This document shows, piece after piece, positions 18,502 to 27,908 of a stretch of 64,000 nt of DNA. The translations under genes and the position numbers were made by a program. Each line of letters begins with the position of its first letter. The stretch's first letter is position 1. Location of the stretch: positions 124,001 to 188,000 of IMG/VR virus record IMGVR_UViG_3300031997_000001, one strand, 5' to 3'. The notes under the pieces are model-generated. The model did not search any database, had not been told where the DNA came from, and was given only the letters and a program-made list of their open reading frames with translations.

Positions 18502-19561
18502 CTATGGTCTTTAAGGCCTCAGCCCAGGAACCTCTGATGGTAATCTTTCTGAGCGCATTAAATTCTGCCATCTGTCGGCTTATGGTCTGACGATCCACGG
18601 TCTCAAATTTGCTCTTCAGATCCGCAAACGATGAGAACTGCTGGACGTGAGGGAGCTGATAATAGTCATAATACTTCATCCAGGTCCTGATGCCCTTGAG
18701 ATTCGAGTAGTCGTTCGGGTCTGGCAAGTCCTGCCTGACGCCCTTGATGCGGGAGCCAGGTCCGAGCTTGAAGTATCCGTTCCACGTGAGCTCCGTCAGG
18801 ACGCCATGTCTCAGGGCTAGATCGAGCAGGAAATCTGGGGTCGGCACGTACAGCGGCACGTTCATCGAATAGTGCTCAAAGAACGACATGAGGGAACAGT
18901 TGTAAGGGATGTGTATCATGCCCGGATGCTTCACGAGATCCGACCACTGATACTTTCCGTAGGCTGACCGGACTGGCACAGCCCCCGTTGCCGCAGCGCA
19001 TTCTGCCACGGCCCCCGGGCCTCTGCAGTCCATAATGAGATTGCCTGCGCGTTCCGGCTTCCAGGTCACCCCGCAGTAATCGCACATGCTGGGGATGTAC
19101 AGCGGCCTGATCCCCGTAAAATAGTGGAAGTATTCCTGGTCATAAACGCTATTGGAGACGACCAGAAGCTTCCCGGCCGCATGCATCCTCTGGTAGAAGG
19201 CATTCAGGCGCTGCCAGCCAGCCGGATTATCATGGTAGGGATACTCGTACCGGATCGGCATGTATACGATGATGGGCTTGTTGAAGCGCTCGTAGATCTG
19301 GGCAAGAGATGGTGGGTAGGTAACGATGAAGCCATCAAAGCTGGCAAGCTGGTCCTTGCAGGCATTATAGAACTGATCCGCCGATACATCCCGCCAGGTC
19401 TGCGTGTTGACGGGGCCGAACCCAGCCGCCGGCGTCCTCCCCAGGACCCAGCTATGGCCGGACATATTGACAGAGACGACCTGATGCCCCAGGCTTTGGA
19501 GGGTCCTGGAAAGGTCCTCGATGACGGAGACGTGCATGTCGATGTTGAAGAACTTCATCAT
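18494..19561 (-). CDS. Glycosyltransferase-like protein
   Basis: HIPYNCSLMSFFEHYSMNVPLYVP GT-B-like C-domain; cluster context. Confidence 0.6.
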   Translation of the reverse strand: MMKFFNIDMHVSVIEDLSRTLQSLGHQVVSVNMSGHSWVLGRTPAAGFGPVNTQTWRDVSADQFYNACKDQLASFDGFIVTYPPSLAQIYERFNKPIIVYMPIRYEYPYHDNPAGWQRLNAFYQRMHAAGKLLVVSNSVYDQEYFHYFTGIRPLYIPSMCDYCGVTWKPERAGNLIMDCRGPGAVAECAAATGAVPVRSAYGKYQWSDLVKHPGMIHIPYNCSLMSFFEHYSMNVPLYVPTPDFLLDLALRHGVLTELTWNGYFKLGPGSRIKGVRQDLPDPNDYSNLKGIRTWMKYYDYYQLPHVQQFSSFADLKSKFETVDRQTISRQMAEFNALRKITIRGSWAEALKTIGG

Positions 19562-20247
19562 TTGAGCTTTTCTGCAAGGGGAAGTCCGCGCCGCCTATAA
19601 TATGTACCTCTATCCACGTCCGCAAGGGCCTTTGTCCGTTCGTCAAAGCCGTCTGCCGGACGCTTATTGGCAGCCCAATGGACGTGCTCGAACGTCGGCT
19701 GGTCCAGCCTTCTCAGGTTCTTCAAGAGGCCGAGCTCTGCCAGGACGTCATAGAGCTCTGTGTCCGAGAACATGTGGTGGTAGGCAGGATGGTAAATGAT
19801 CCGGTTCAGCCTTAACAGGCAGTTATATGTCATGATGGGGAGGGTCACGCTCGGTTCCGTCTGGTAGCCGTCGTTGACCAGCAGGCAGCCGTCGAATCCA
19901 TCAAAGTGCTTAGCCATCCAGGTGTTCCACGACTTGATCGGCCTGAAGTCGTCAGAAGCGAGGATGACGATGTCCTCCGGCTTAGCCTGGAAGGATTTTG
20001 CTAGGATGGAAGTCGGATACGTCGCACCCGATCGCGTGTTCCCGACGACTAGGACCTCGACGTTCGGCACGCCGACCAGCATGGAGAGAACTTCTGCCTT
20101 CTGCACGTCGACGTTTACGGCTATCTTGACGACGACGTTTTGGGGCTGGTCTGCCAGGTTTAGCCAGGAGCCAGGCGCCCGTTTCAGTGCATTGGCGCAC
20201 CAGTTTGGTCGGATCGTGGGCCAGAGGATGTACGCGTCCCTTGCCAT
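19558..20247 (-). CDS. GT-A-type glycosyltransferase-like protein
   Basis: WPTIRP; ASDDF; YHPAYHHMFSDTEL. Confidence 0.7.
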   Translation of the reverse strand: MARDAYILWPTIRPNWCANALKRAPGSWLNLADQPQNVVVKIAVNVDVQKAEVLSMLVGVPNVEVLVVGNTRSGATYPTSILAKSFQAKPEDIVILASDDFRPIKSWNTWMAKHFDGFDGCLLVNDGYQTEPSVTLPIMTYNCLLRLNRIIYHPAYHHMFSDTELYDVLAELGLLKNLRRLDQPTFEHVHWAANKRPADGFDERTKALADVDRGTYYRRRGLPLAEKLK

Positions 20248-20822
20248 TAGAATGCAGCCCCCGCGCATCGCAGGCCGCCCTGGGGGTTGCTGCGTGCCGT
20301 TACCAGGACCGCATTGAGCGTAGTGATCTGGTTCCCTTCCCGCCACCTGTTCGCGACTGCGATCTTGTCGAAGTACATCTGGTCGTGGCAATTGCAAGGG
20401 AGCCAGGTGGGAGTCACGAATTGACTGCGGACCATGACCTCAGGCGTCGCGAATGAGAAGTTCGTCTCTGCACCCGTCTGCATCCCGCAGTGTGCCATCA
20501 TGATGCCTGGATTCTGAAAGATTGCGTTGAACATCTCGAGGTACTTGGGGTGCATCACGTCGTCATCGTCGAAGAAGCAGGTCAGCTCACCTTTTATGTG
20601 CTGGACGCCGAAGTTTCGGGCATGGCTAGCGCCGCGCTTCTCGTTGTAGACGAAGTACTTGATTCTGGGATAAGGCTTTACGGCCTCATGGTAGTCGCTA
20701 CCAAAGTTGTCGACCAGGATGAGTTCCCAGTCCGCAAACGTCTGATTATGGATGTGGCATATGGTGTCGCCTATGATATGCTTGCGCTGGAACGTGGGCA
20801 TTATGATGGAAAACCGGGGCAT
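20247..20822 (-). CDS. Glycosyltransferase family 2
   Basis: SIIMPTFQR; ELILVDN; ARNFG; FFDDDD. Confidence 0.9.
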   Translation of the reverse strand: MPRFSIIMPTFQRKHIIGDTICHIHNQTFADWELILVDNFGSDYHEAVKPYPRIKYFVYNEKRGASHARNFGVQHIKGELTCFFDDDDVMHPKYLEMFNAIFQNPGIMMAHCGMQTGAETNFSFATPEVMVRSQFVTPTWLPCNCHDQMYFDKIAVANRWREGNQITTLNAVLVTARSNPQGGLRCAGAAF

Positions 20823-21481
20823 TTGAGTCTCTCGCTTATGGGGAGTTTCATTCTGGCCTGGAACGTCATGAGATCCCGGTCCATGAGAGCAATACCGACG
20901 GCGTCGTACTGATCCTGTGGCCGTAAACCGTGCGAAGGGTGCTTATGAATAAATTTGGGTCCAGCCGTGATCTTGAGGAGTTGTAGGGCTATGAGGTTCT
21001 GGTAGAGTTCCGCATCCGAGTACTGCCAATGGTAAGCAGGGTGGTAGATTGCTTTGTTGAGCTTCTTGAGGCAGTTGTAGGACATGACGGGGAGCGCGAT
21101 GATTCCGGGGTCTGATTCCAGGCGGAGAATGTCCGCAACCATGAGCCCGCCATCAAAAGACTGGAACATGCTGACCAGCCATTCGTCCCAACCCTCCGGT
21201 GGATAAAAGTCGTCGGAGATGAGCAAGACGATCGGGTTGTCTGGACACTCCAGGGCCTGTGTGATGCAGAAGGCGGCGTGTACGGGGCCAGGTTTGTTCG
21301 TTCCGACGATGATCACGTCCTGGAAGTCATTGAGCTCTGCCCTCTGGATAGGCGTGTTGACCGCGATATGCGTGGTAATGGGGTACTTCTTGCTGGAATT
21401 ATGTATCCAGCACCGATGCGTCTCCCGCATCATCTGGGGGCGGATCGTGGGCCAGACAAAGATGAATCGCGCGTCGGCCAT
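20801..21481 (-). CDS. GT-A-type glycosyltransferase-like protein (paralog of 19558-20247)
   Basis: WPTIRP; ISDDF; YHPAYHWQYSDAEL. Confidence 0.7.
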   Translation of the reverse strand: MADARFIFVWPTIRPQMMRETHRCWIHNSSKKYPITTHIAVNTPIQRAELNDFQDVIIVGTNKPGPVHAAFCITQALECPDNPIVLLISDDFYPPEGWDEWLVSMFQSFDGGLMVADILRLESDPGIIALPVMSYNCLKKLNKAIYHPAYHWQYSDAELYQNLIALQLLKITAGPKFIHKHPSHGLRPQDQYDAVGIALMDRDLMTFQARMKLPISERLKCPGFPS

Positions 21482-21660
21482 TCTTTAGTTACTATAAGGG
21501 ATTCTCTATTTTATTTTCGCGTGTGCAATACGGAGCCTTATTTCGAGATACTTTTCCCTCCTGGCCGGAGGTGGTACGTCTCCATCCCACAAGACTGAAG
21601 TGGGAAAGGCTACATCAGGATAGACTAAGCCTGGATGCGTAGGCTACGGATACGATCCGG

Positions 21661-22101
21661 CTACTTCCTGGTAGGATCTGGCGTGGTGCTCTCGGCGCGG
21701 ATAGGAGCTTGCTCTTCGATGATAATTACGTCTTTAACAGCAGGCGGCGGATAGAGCTGGTTCCGGATCGGATAATTCTGGAGGCGCACGAGCTTGTAAG
21801 TCTCAGGGGCTTCACCGGGCCGCATGTCGCGCGTAAGATAGGACAGTCCAGGATCAGGAATTCCGTGGTTCGTAGACTTGTATGTGAGTTCGTACTGGAC
21901 TAGCTTCTGGCCCGGCGGCAGTCGGACGGTCGCTGACGGCCGGACGACCAGATTCTGATCTGTAACAACCTGCTGGACTCGAGCAGACTCGGGCCGCAGG
22001 GGCCGCAGATACTCTAAAATTCCACCAAGAATAAAGATCACGAAGATCGCGACCATGCCGATGATGACGGAGGCGGTATATGGTATCTTAACGCTTGGCA
22101 T
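21661..22101 (-). CDS. Membrane-anchored hypothetical protein
   Basis: N-terminal TM helix. Confidence 0.65.
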   Translation of the reverse strand: MPSVKIPYTASVIIGMVAIFVIFILGGILEYLRPLRPESARVQQVVTDQNLVVRPSATVRLPPGQKLVQYELTYKSTNHGIPDPGLSYLTRDMRPGEAPETYKLVRLQNYPIRNQLYPPPAVKDVIIIEEQAPIRAESTTPDPTRK

Positions 22102-22394
22102 TACGCGCCTCCTTCAAGCTTTACCTGATGCAGGACCTTCCCGTGATGCGTACAGCAGATCTCTCGGATCGTCAATCCCGTCATCTTGAACGATAGCGAG
22201 GCCTCGCACAGCGTGCAGATGCGAAGGGCCTCAAGGCCGAGAATTCGCGTATTCCACCAGCCTTCGGCACCGCAGCAGTGGCAGGGGTGCGTGGGTGCTA
22301 GCTTACGCGTCTTCTTCCTCCGCCAGACCATGATCACCATGACGATGAAGACGATTGCGAAGAGCCCGCCGATCCCCAGCAGGAACTTCATCAT
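22101..22394 (-). CDS. Membrane-anchored Cys-rich protein
   Basis: MMKFLLGIGGLFAIVFIV; CHCC, CTLC. Confidence 0.6.
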   Translation of the reverse strand: MMKFLLGIGGLFAIVFIVMVIMVWRRKKTRKLAPTHPCHCCGAEGWWNTRILGLEALRICTLCEASLSFKMTGLTIREICCTHHGKVLHQVKLEGGA

Positions 22395-23016
22395 GTCGCA
22401 ATTTCCTTTGCCCACTTGACGCAAGCGGGCTTGTCCCAGAAGGCAGCCTTCTGAGCTTTGAGGTCCATGCCTTCCAGCTTGAGAACTTCGCTGGTCCGGT
22501 CGCCGGGACGCATTTGGCAAAGCAGTCCTGTGCAGCTGTGCGCGTGATCTTGATGTATGCGAAACCTTCCAGGTCCAAATGGGCTGCAATGATCTGGAGC
22601 TGGTCCTCCAGCTTCATGCGGACCAGCTCAGGATCGATGTGTCCGTCCCGATCGGTTTTTGGCATGTTATGGTTCCAGTTTGCGGACGGTGCCCCCGAGC
22701 GGTTGCTTTGGTTTCGGTTCCCGGCTGCCAATTGCTTCCTTGGTAAGCATAAAAATGCCCCAGCCATCCAGAAGACCAAAGACAATAATAATGGCTATTC
22801 CTATGATCTCGACGACTGCAGGGCTCATGTTTGCTTGTTTATGTGCAGCGCGTTTTCTTCAAGGCCCTTAGAGACACTCCGGGCCGGGTGTCTGCTACTG
22901 GCCGGTGCGGCGGGACCGGCGGTACCTGTTCCGGCGATTCTGGCGATTTGTCGACTCTAACCCTGCAACGCCTACCGCACCGTGGGCATATCACGGTCAC
23001 TTCCATGGCCAATCCC

Positions 23017-23265
23017 TCACTTGAATCTCCTCACGGTCAGGGCTACGACCGTCTCGTGTCCTGTCTCCTTCAGGTGCTTCTCGGCGGCATCGAAGGCGCA
23101 GGCTGGGATGTCCATGTTCCTTTCCAGTGAGGCTTCACCTGCCTCGTCGATTGTTCTCTTGCACGTGACCTCTTCAGCGGGAAAGACATTGAGCGCTCTT
23201 CCGCTGATCACGTCGACGACCAGGATTAGCGGCATTTCCCTTTTCACGACTTGCGGGTCGGCCAT
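23017..23265 (-). CDS. Hypothetical protein
   Basis: ORF with SD. Confidence 0.6.
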   Translation of the reverse strand: MADPQVVKREMPLILVVDVISGRALNVFPAEEVTCKRTIDEAGEASLERNMDIPACAFDAAEKHLKETGHETVVALTVRRFK

Positions 23266-23825
23266 TTTTCACCCCCATGCAGATCCGCACGAGCAGACCC
23301 GCATTGTCTCCCATCAGCTTGTCCTTGTCGATCTTCTTGGCACAGTAGAATATTTCCCGCCCCATGTTTTCTGTGTTGTCCTGGTTGCGGCCGGCGCAGA
23401 ACCCCTGGCGCGATCAGATCGTCCACGAGTACATCCGGCACCTCCCGGAGAAGAAGCGGCAGGACTGGATCTGGGACAAGATCATCTATGCCGTCGAGCC
23501 TCGCCTGAAAGCGAGACAGCGCGTCCTTCCGCTCCTGCGGATTCCTCCATCCCTTGAGCTTTCCTTCCGTACGCTCCCCCCTGAGTGCCCTGTCGATGAT
23601 CGGCCTGACGGCCATGAGGTTCTTGGCGGGCACGCGGTCCAAGATCCAGTCGGCGATTCCCAACACGGCCCAGTTCTTGTCATGGGAGCCGCATAGTTCC
23701 GCGTTGCGGAAGATGCGCGCGAGAGCGAGACCCGCCTTGAACGTCTTCAGCGACCTGTTCTCAAGCGGACTAATAAAGTCGAGTGCCGTGTCGTTCGCCT
23801 GCATTCCGCATCCCCAGGACCCCAT
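23244..23825 (-). CDS. DUF4259-like protein, 3' part possibly disrupted
   Basis: MGSWGCGMQANDTALDFI N-terminus. Confidence 0.55.
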   Translation of the reverse strand: MGSWGCGMQANDTALDFISPLENRSLKTFKAGLALARIFRNAELCGSHDKNWAVLGIADWILDRVPAKNLMAVRPIIDRALRGERTEGKLKGWRNPQERKDALSRFQARLDGIDDLVPDPVLPLLLREVPDVLVDDLIAPGVLRRPQPGQHRKHGAGNILLCQEDRQGQADGRQCGSARADLHGGEKWPTRKS

Positions 23826-23827
23826 AT

Positions 23828-24022
23828 TCAGCCTCCTATCTTCTCAACGGGCTCGATCTCGTCGAAGCCCACTGGCATCCAGTGACGATATCCGTTGAGC
23901 AAGACCTCTACGGGATACCGGAGACTCACGTCGACCTTCATGACCTCACCAATGCGAGGTTCCTTGCTCGCGCCCACGATGACCTTGACGGCCATCCCGA
24001 CTTTGACGTCTTCGATTTTCAT
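23828..24022 (-). CDS. Small KOW/SH3-like hypothetical protein
   Basis: MKIEDVKVGMAVKV. Confidence 0.6.
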   Translation of the reverse strand: MKIEDVKVGMAVKVIVGASKEPRIGEVMKVDVSLRYPVEVLLNGYRHWMPVGFDEIEPVEKIGG

Positions 24023-24030
24023 TTCTACCC

Positions 24031-24070
24031 TTACTACGGCTTGTGGAAGATTACTACGGCTTGTGGAAGA
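24031..24070. repeat. Perfect 20-bp tandem duplication spanning a stop codon
   Basis: TTACTACGGCTTGTGGAAGA x2. Confidence 0.95.
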
Positions 24071-24449
24071 AGAAGTTGCCACACCGGCAACACATCTCGA
24101 AGTCGGCCCTCACGCCGACGACGAAGGGGATCCCTTCCACTTTGAGGACTTGTCCCTTCTCCACCCGGACAATGTCGCAGGGCAGAGGCTTCTTGCATTT
24201 CTTGCAGGGCTGGCCCGCGCCGGTCGCCAGCGTGCGCTTCTCGATCTGCGCCAGGGGCGTCAGCAGCGCGGTCTTGGCCTCGGCCTCGGTGGCTGACTTC
24301 CGCTTCGCGCTCTGATCCGCAACGGGGGGCGCCGCCCTCTCCGCGGGCGAGAGGACACCGAAACCATGAGCCTCGGCGGCCGATTTCCGCTCCGCGTTCT
24401 TGTTCGCATCGGACGACCACGCCTTCGTCTTCGCCTTCGGCTCGCTCAT
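24054..24449 (-). CDS. Zn-ribbon hypothetical protein
   Basis: CKKC...CCRC; SD AGGAGGAG. Confidence 0.7.
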   Translation of the reverse strand: MSEPKAKTKAWSSDANKNAERKSAAEAHGFGVLSPAERAAPPVADQSAKRKSATEAEAKTALLTPLAQIEKRTLATGAGQPCKKCKKPLPCDIVRVEKGQVLKVEGIPFVVGVRADFEMCCRCGNFFFHKP

Positions 24450-24485
24450 CTCTCCTCCTGTTTGGGTATTCTGCCCACCTACAAG

Positions 24486-24520
24486 ATTGTACCAGATTGA
24501 AATACTTGGTGGGAAGAATT
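24486..24520 (-). promoter_or_regulatory. Extended -10 promoter with AATTCTTCCC box
   Basis: AATTCTTCCC-15-CTGGTACAAT; similar at 32152-32187. Confidence 0.6.
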
Positions 24521-25017
24521 TAGACCTGCTGCTTTACTTGTGGCGTCGGATGCGGAAGCTGAATGGGTGCCGGCTTCTCTTCCGGTTCAGGTTCTAGGTG
24601 CATCGGAACTGGGTGCTCCTTCGCGTACTGCTTGGCGAGCTCGATGTCGGCCGCTTCGTCGTCCGAAGGCTTTGGCGCGTCTGCGTAAACCTCTTTGGCC
24701 GCATGGCCAAGCCTTCTACTCATCCACATATCCCGGCCGCCGTAGTGATGTGGACCCAGCTTCTCGGCACCAGCGATCTTGACGAGCTTGTGTTTCCCTG
24801 CGGGGAGCGCTGCGGGCGAGCCTTCGGGCTGCCACTCTCCGGAGATGACATGCCGCTTCTCGCCGCCCAGACCTAAGGTTGCCGGCGCGACGTAGGAAAC
24901 CGTGGCGGAGCCGTCGTTATGCCTGACCACGCCGACGGGATGCTTGCCTGCGCCTTTGATGACGCGGAAGGTCTTGGTGTCGTGGACTTCCATTAGGTAG
25001 AGGGCCTTGAGCAGCAT
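24520..25017 (-). CDS. Hypothetical protein
   Basis: 165-aa ORF. Confidence 0.65.
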   Translation of the reverse strand: MLLKALYLMEVHDTKTFRVIKGAGKHPVGVVRHNDGSATVSYVAPATLGLGGEKRHVISGEWQPEGSPAALPAGKHKLVKIAGAEKLGPHHYGGRDMWMSRRLGHAAKEVYADAPKPSDDEAADIELAKQYAKEHPVPMHLEPEPEEKPAPIQLPHPTPQVKQQV

Positions 25018-25034
25018 AAGATACCTTTGCGCGA

Positions 25035-25385
25035 CTAGCAGTTGAGCGCGTCCTCGACGGCCTCCTTCGCGCTATCCAGCTCCGGCAGCCGGTCAGACAG
25101 GAACTTGCGAGCCTGTTTGACGACCTTCTTGCCGACCTTGGGGTCGCGCAGGTCGTGCTCGTCGTGGCGCGGCGCGGCTTTGTGCCAGGCCCAGATCAGG
25201 CGGCCGATCGCAGCCCTCTGGGACATTTTGGGTGCGGGCTTAGCCAGGAAGCCGGCCACGTCAAGCTCCATCAGAGCGTCATCTACCTTGTCCAGGTCGT
25301 CGTCGATGCTCTGGCACGCGATGTCGCGCCTGCTCGCAAAGAGCGTCGTGCCGTTACGGCTGTCGAGCTCTACTCGGTTCCTCAT
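25035..25385 (-). CDS. Hypothetical protein
   Basis: Coupled ORF. Confidence 0.65.
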   Translation of the reverse strand: MRNRVELDSRNGTTLFASRRDIACQSIDDDLDKVDDALMELDVAGFLAKPAPKMSQRAAIGRLIWAWHKAAPRHDEHDLRDPKVGKKVVKQARKFLSDRLPELDSAKEAVEDALNC

Positions 25386-25699
25386 GTCGGAATTCCTTTC
25401 ACAAACGGGAGTGGGCTCGCTGTCTGCATCGCCTGTTCAGCCACTTTGTTTGCCTGCTCTGCACTCTTGCATATGATGACGACGGTCGAATTCACGATAA
25501 CGTGGAATTTGGCATGTGAGAGGTTTTCAAAATTTGGCATCGAGACGATGGTGACATCCCGACGCGTCTCGAAGGCGGGCATATCCTTGTCCAGCGGGAC
25601 CAGGGTACCGGCAATCCTGATGGCAGGAGGTCCACCCGGCTCTAACTCGATGGGTCTGCCTTCTAGGTTCCTGCCTCCCAGATCGCCAAAAGTCGGCAT
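25382..25699 (-). CDS. Hypothetical protein with N-terminal FGDLGGR motif
   Basis: SD GGAGG. Confidence 0.65.
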   Translation of the reverse strand: MPTFGDLGGRNLEGRPIELEPGGPPAIRIAGTLVPLDKDMPAFETRRDVTIVSMPNFENLSHAKFHVIVNSTVVIICKSAEQANKVAEQAMQTASPLPFVKGIPT

Positions 25700-25708
25700 G
25701 CGGCCTCC

Positions 25709-26491
25709 CTAGAAAGCTGCCTTCAGCTTCTCGTAGTCCGCGTTCCGCGCCTTGTTGGCCATCATCTGGGCCAGCATCTTGCCCCAATCCTCTGCCTGCT
25801 TCAGGGCCTCCGCCATGTTGCATTTCCGTTCCTTCAGGACGAAGGGCGCAAAGCACTTGGCATCCCAAAGCCACGGCCACTGCTTGAAATACGAAATGAA
25901 GGCGAGCCACTTGTCGTCGCACCAGCTGGGCGTCCAGCAGGACGACCGGCAGATGAAGACGATGTCATAGGCGTCCTTGGGCGGGAGCTCCGTGGAAAGC
26001 TCGAATCTGCACGATTTCGGCACCTTCGGCCTGGGATCATCCTCCGGGTTCTCTTCCCGCCAGGGAGGATAGATCACGCGATATGACTGGATCAGGCCTT
26101 CATCCATCCCGAGCCTTGCCCAGTTCCCGCAGTCGAGCTGCTTGGACCGCCCATATCCGAAGTCGTGATGGGCATCGAAATTGACGACGTCGGCTTGGGT
26201 GGCCTTGTTCGCCTTGAGCCACTCATAGAGGCCCTTGTGGCTGTCAACGATGGCCAGGAACATCGGATGGCCATCCAGCGTCCGCTTCCAGAAGCCGTTC
26301 AACCGCTCCTCGGGGAGGACGTGGTCGATGGCCCGCTTCTTGTTGGTCATCCCTACGCTACCAGCACGGGTAGCCCAGAGCATGTCGTAGAAGAAGGCTT
26401 TGTCTTCCGAGTGCCCCCAGTCGTACTCGTCAGTCGACGGAAACGTCCAGTCCCAGTCGACAGAAAGGACGCGAAGGTGGGAAAGTTTCAT
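25709..26491 (-). CDS. UPF0489/arginase-fold metallohydrolase-like protein
   Basis: LSVDWDW; VDSH; VNFDAHHD; ICRSSCWTP. Confidence 0.7.
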   Translation of the reverse strand: MKLSHLRVLSVDWDWTFPSTDEYDWGHSEDKAFFYDMLWATRAGSVGMTNKKRAIDHVLPEERLNGFWKRTLDGHPMFLAIVDSHKGLYEWLKANKATQADVVNFDAHHDFGYGRSKQLDCGNWARLGMDEGLIQSYRVIYPPWREENPEDDPRPKVPKSCRFELSTELPPKDAYDIVFICRSSCWTPSWCDDKWLAFISYFKQWPWLWDAKCFAPFVLKERKCNMAEALKQAEDWGKMLAQMMANKARNADYEKLKAAF

Positions 26492-26510
26492 GATTCACCA
26501 AAGATAGCTT

Positions 26511-26873
26511 ATGAGTGGAAACGCTCCATGGCCGCAGGCGAAGTCAGCGGCCTTCTTTGTCCAGGCGCAAGTCTGCCGGTCAGCACAGGATCCCCTGCCT
26601 CAAACGGCAGAAGATGACGTAGCTCGTATTGCGTCGGTGATGGACAAGGCGCCTGCACAGCAGAAGAAGACGGCAGACGTCCGCTTGAATCCCGTCGCCA
26701 AGGAGAGGTTGCGGATGGCGGCCTTGTGCCCGAACGGGAAAGCGGCGACCCTGCTGGACCCGAATGCGACGGACGCGGCCACGGTCATCCAGCAGATGCT
26801 GGACAAGGGTTACAAGGTCATTGACCGGACCGGCCGCCCGAACGTCGCACCCCCGCCACCCAGGCTGCTTTAG
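26511..26873 (+). CDS. Hypothetical protein (lone + strand gene)
   Basis: Fills gap between - strand genes. Confidence 0.55.
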   Translation: MSGNAPWPQAKSAAFFVQAQVCRSAQDPLPQTAEDDVARIASVMDKAPAQQKKTADVRLNPVAKERLRMAALCPNGKAATLLDPNATDAATVIQQMLDKGYKVIDRTGRPNVAPPPPRLL

Positions 26874-26883
26874 CCGTCACGGA

Positions 26884-27177
26884 TTACGGCCAGCTCTCCC
26901 ATGTCTTCTTCCCCTTGGCGGTGAACTTGTAATCCCAGATCTTCCGCTCTATGATCTCCACCTGGATGCCGCGCCGGCCCAGTTCGTCCTCGATCAGCTG
27001 GGCTTGCAGGTAATCCTTCTGGCTGATGGCGTAATCCTTCTGGCTGATGGCCCTGCCCGTCTCTGCTGCGTCGATGGCGCGATGGTGCTCAACGAACTTG
27101 GCTTTGAGCCAATCGGTTGTCTGTTTGGTCAGCTTGACGGACCCATCCTTTTCCTGCTTCGGCAGCTTGATCTTCAT
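26884..27177 (-). CDS. Hypothetical protein
   Basis: SD GGAGGAG; contains AISQKDY x2. Confidence 0.65.
   Translation of the reverse strand: MKIKLPKQEKDGSVKLTKQTTDWLKAKFVEHHRAIDAAETGRAISQKDYAISQKDYLQAQLIEDELGRRGIQVEIIERKIWDYKFTAKGKKTWESWP
27010..27051. repeat. Perfect 21-bp in-frame tandem duplication
   Basis: GTAATCCTTCTGGCTGATGGC x2. Confidence 0.95.
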
Positions 27178-27196
27178 CACTCCTCCAATCCCCAGC

Positions 27197-27508
27197 TTAT
27201 GCGGCTTCGATGACGAAGGCTTGGTAATCAGGGCTGGCAGGGCCCGGTTCTTTCTGTGTAGCGCTGGCTTCGACGTTGCCGGTCTTCTTGTCCTGGACCA
27301 GCGTCCAGTCGCCGTAGGACATGACCCACTTGAGCGACCAGTCCTCGGCTTGAGCCTCGATGCACTTGCCCCATTCAGCCTTGGGCGCATATTTCTCGAT
27401 GAGCTCAATCGCCCAGGCGAGGGCCTCCTGACACGGAAGCTTGAAGACGTCCCGCTTCTCGCAGAGGTTGCCTTGACTGAGCTTCGCGCGCAGGGTGAGC
27501 TGTTTCAT
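27197..27508 (-). CDS. Hypothetical protein
   Basis: SD GAGGTG. Confidence 0.6.
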   Translation of the reverse strand: MKQLTLRAKLSQGNLCEKRDVFKLPCQEALAWAIELIEKYAPKAEWGKCIEAQAEDWSLKWVMSYGDWTLVQDKKTGNVEASATQKEPGPASPDYQAFVIEAA

Positions 27509-27899
27509 TCGATGAGCACCTCTCCATACTGGGCTTTGGGATGTCATGATAGTGGTAGATGATCTTAACATTCATCTCGTCTAGAAATCTCAGCTTAATC
27601 GCCTTTAGGAACGGGACCGAGAAGTAGGGCGTGTCAGCCACGGACATAGCCAGCTTTCTGCCCCGGTAGCCAGACGTCGTCGTCTTGCCGACGAACTGCA
27701 TGTCGTCCTGTCCGCATCCGTGTTCTGCGGTACAGCTGACGCACGTGATCTCCGCGACCTTGCCGTCCTCCATCTCGTAGAGGGCGACCTCGCCGCAATC
27801 CGCCACGCACATCTTCTTGGAGAACCAGGCGTAGCGCATCTCCGCAGGATCTACGTCCTGAACTACGCGTCTGTTGCCTGGGTCTCCGAAGGTCGGCAT
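27405..27899 (-). CDS. Hypothetical protein with N-terminal FGDPGNR motif
   Basis: SD GGAGG. Confidence 0.6.
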   Translation of the reverse strand: MPTFGDPGNRRVVQDVDPAEMRYAWFSKKMCVADCGEVALYEMEDGKVAEITCVSCTAEHGCGQDDMQFVGKTTTSGYRGRKLAMSVADTPYFSVPFLKAIKLRFLDEMNVKIIYHYHDIPKPSMERCSSNETAHPAREAQSRQPLREAGRLQASVSGGPRLGD

Positions 27900-27908
27900 A
27901 GCAGCCTC

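Noticed and set aside
21555-21665. Hammerhead ribozyme
   Set aside because: CTGAAGT (+) and CTGATGT (-) do not match CUGANGA, and GAAA is not correctly placed.
24031-24070. CRISPR array
   Set aside because: Two adjacent copies with no spacer; no cas genes.
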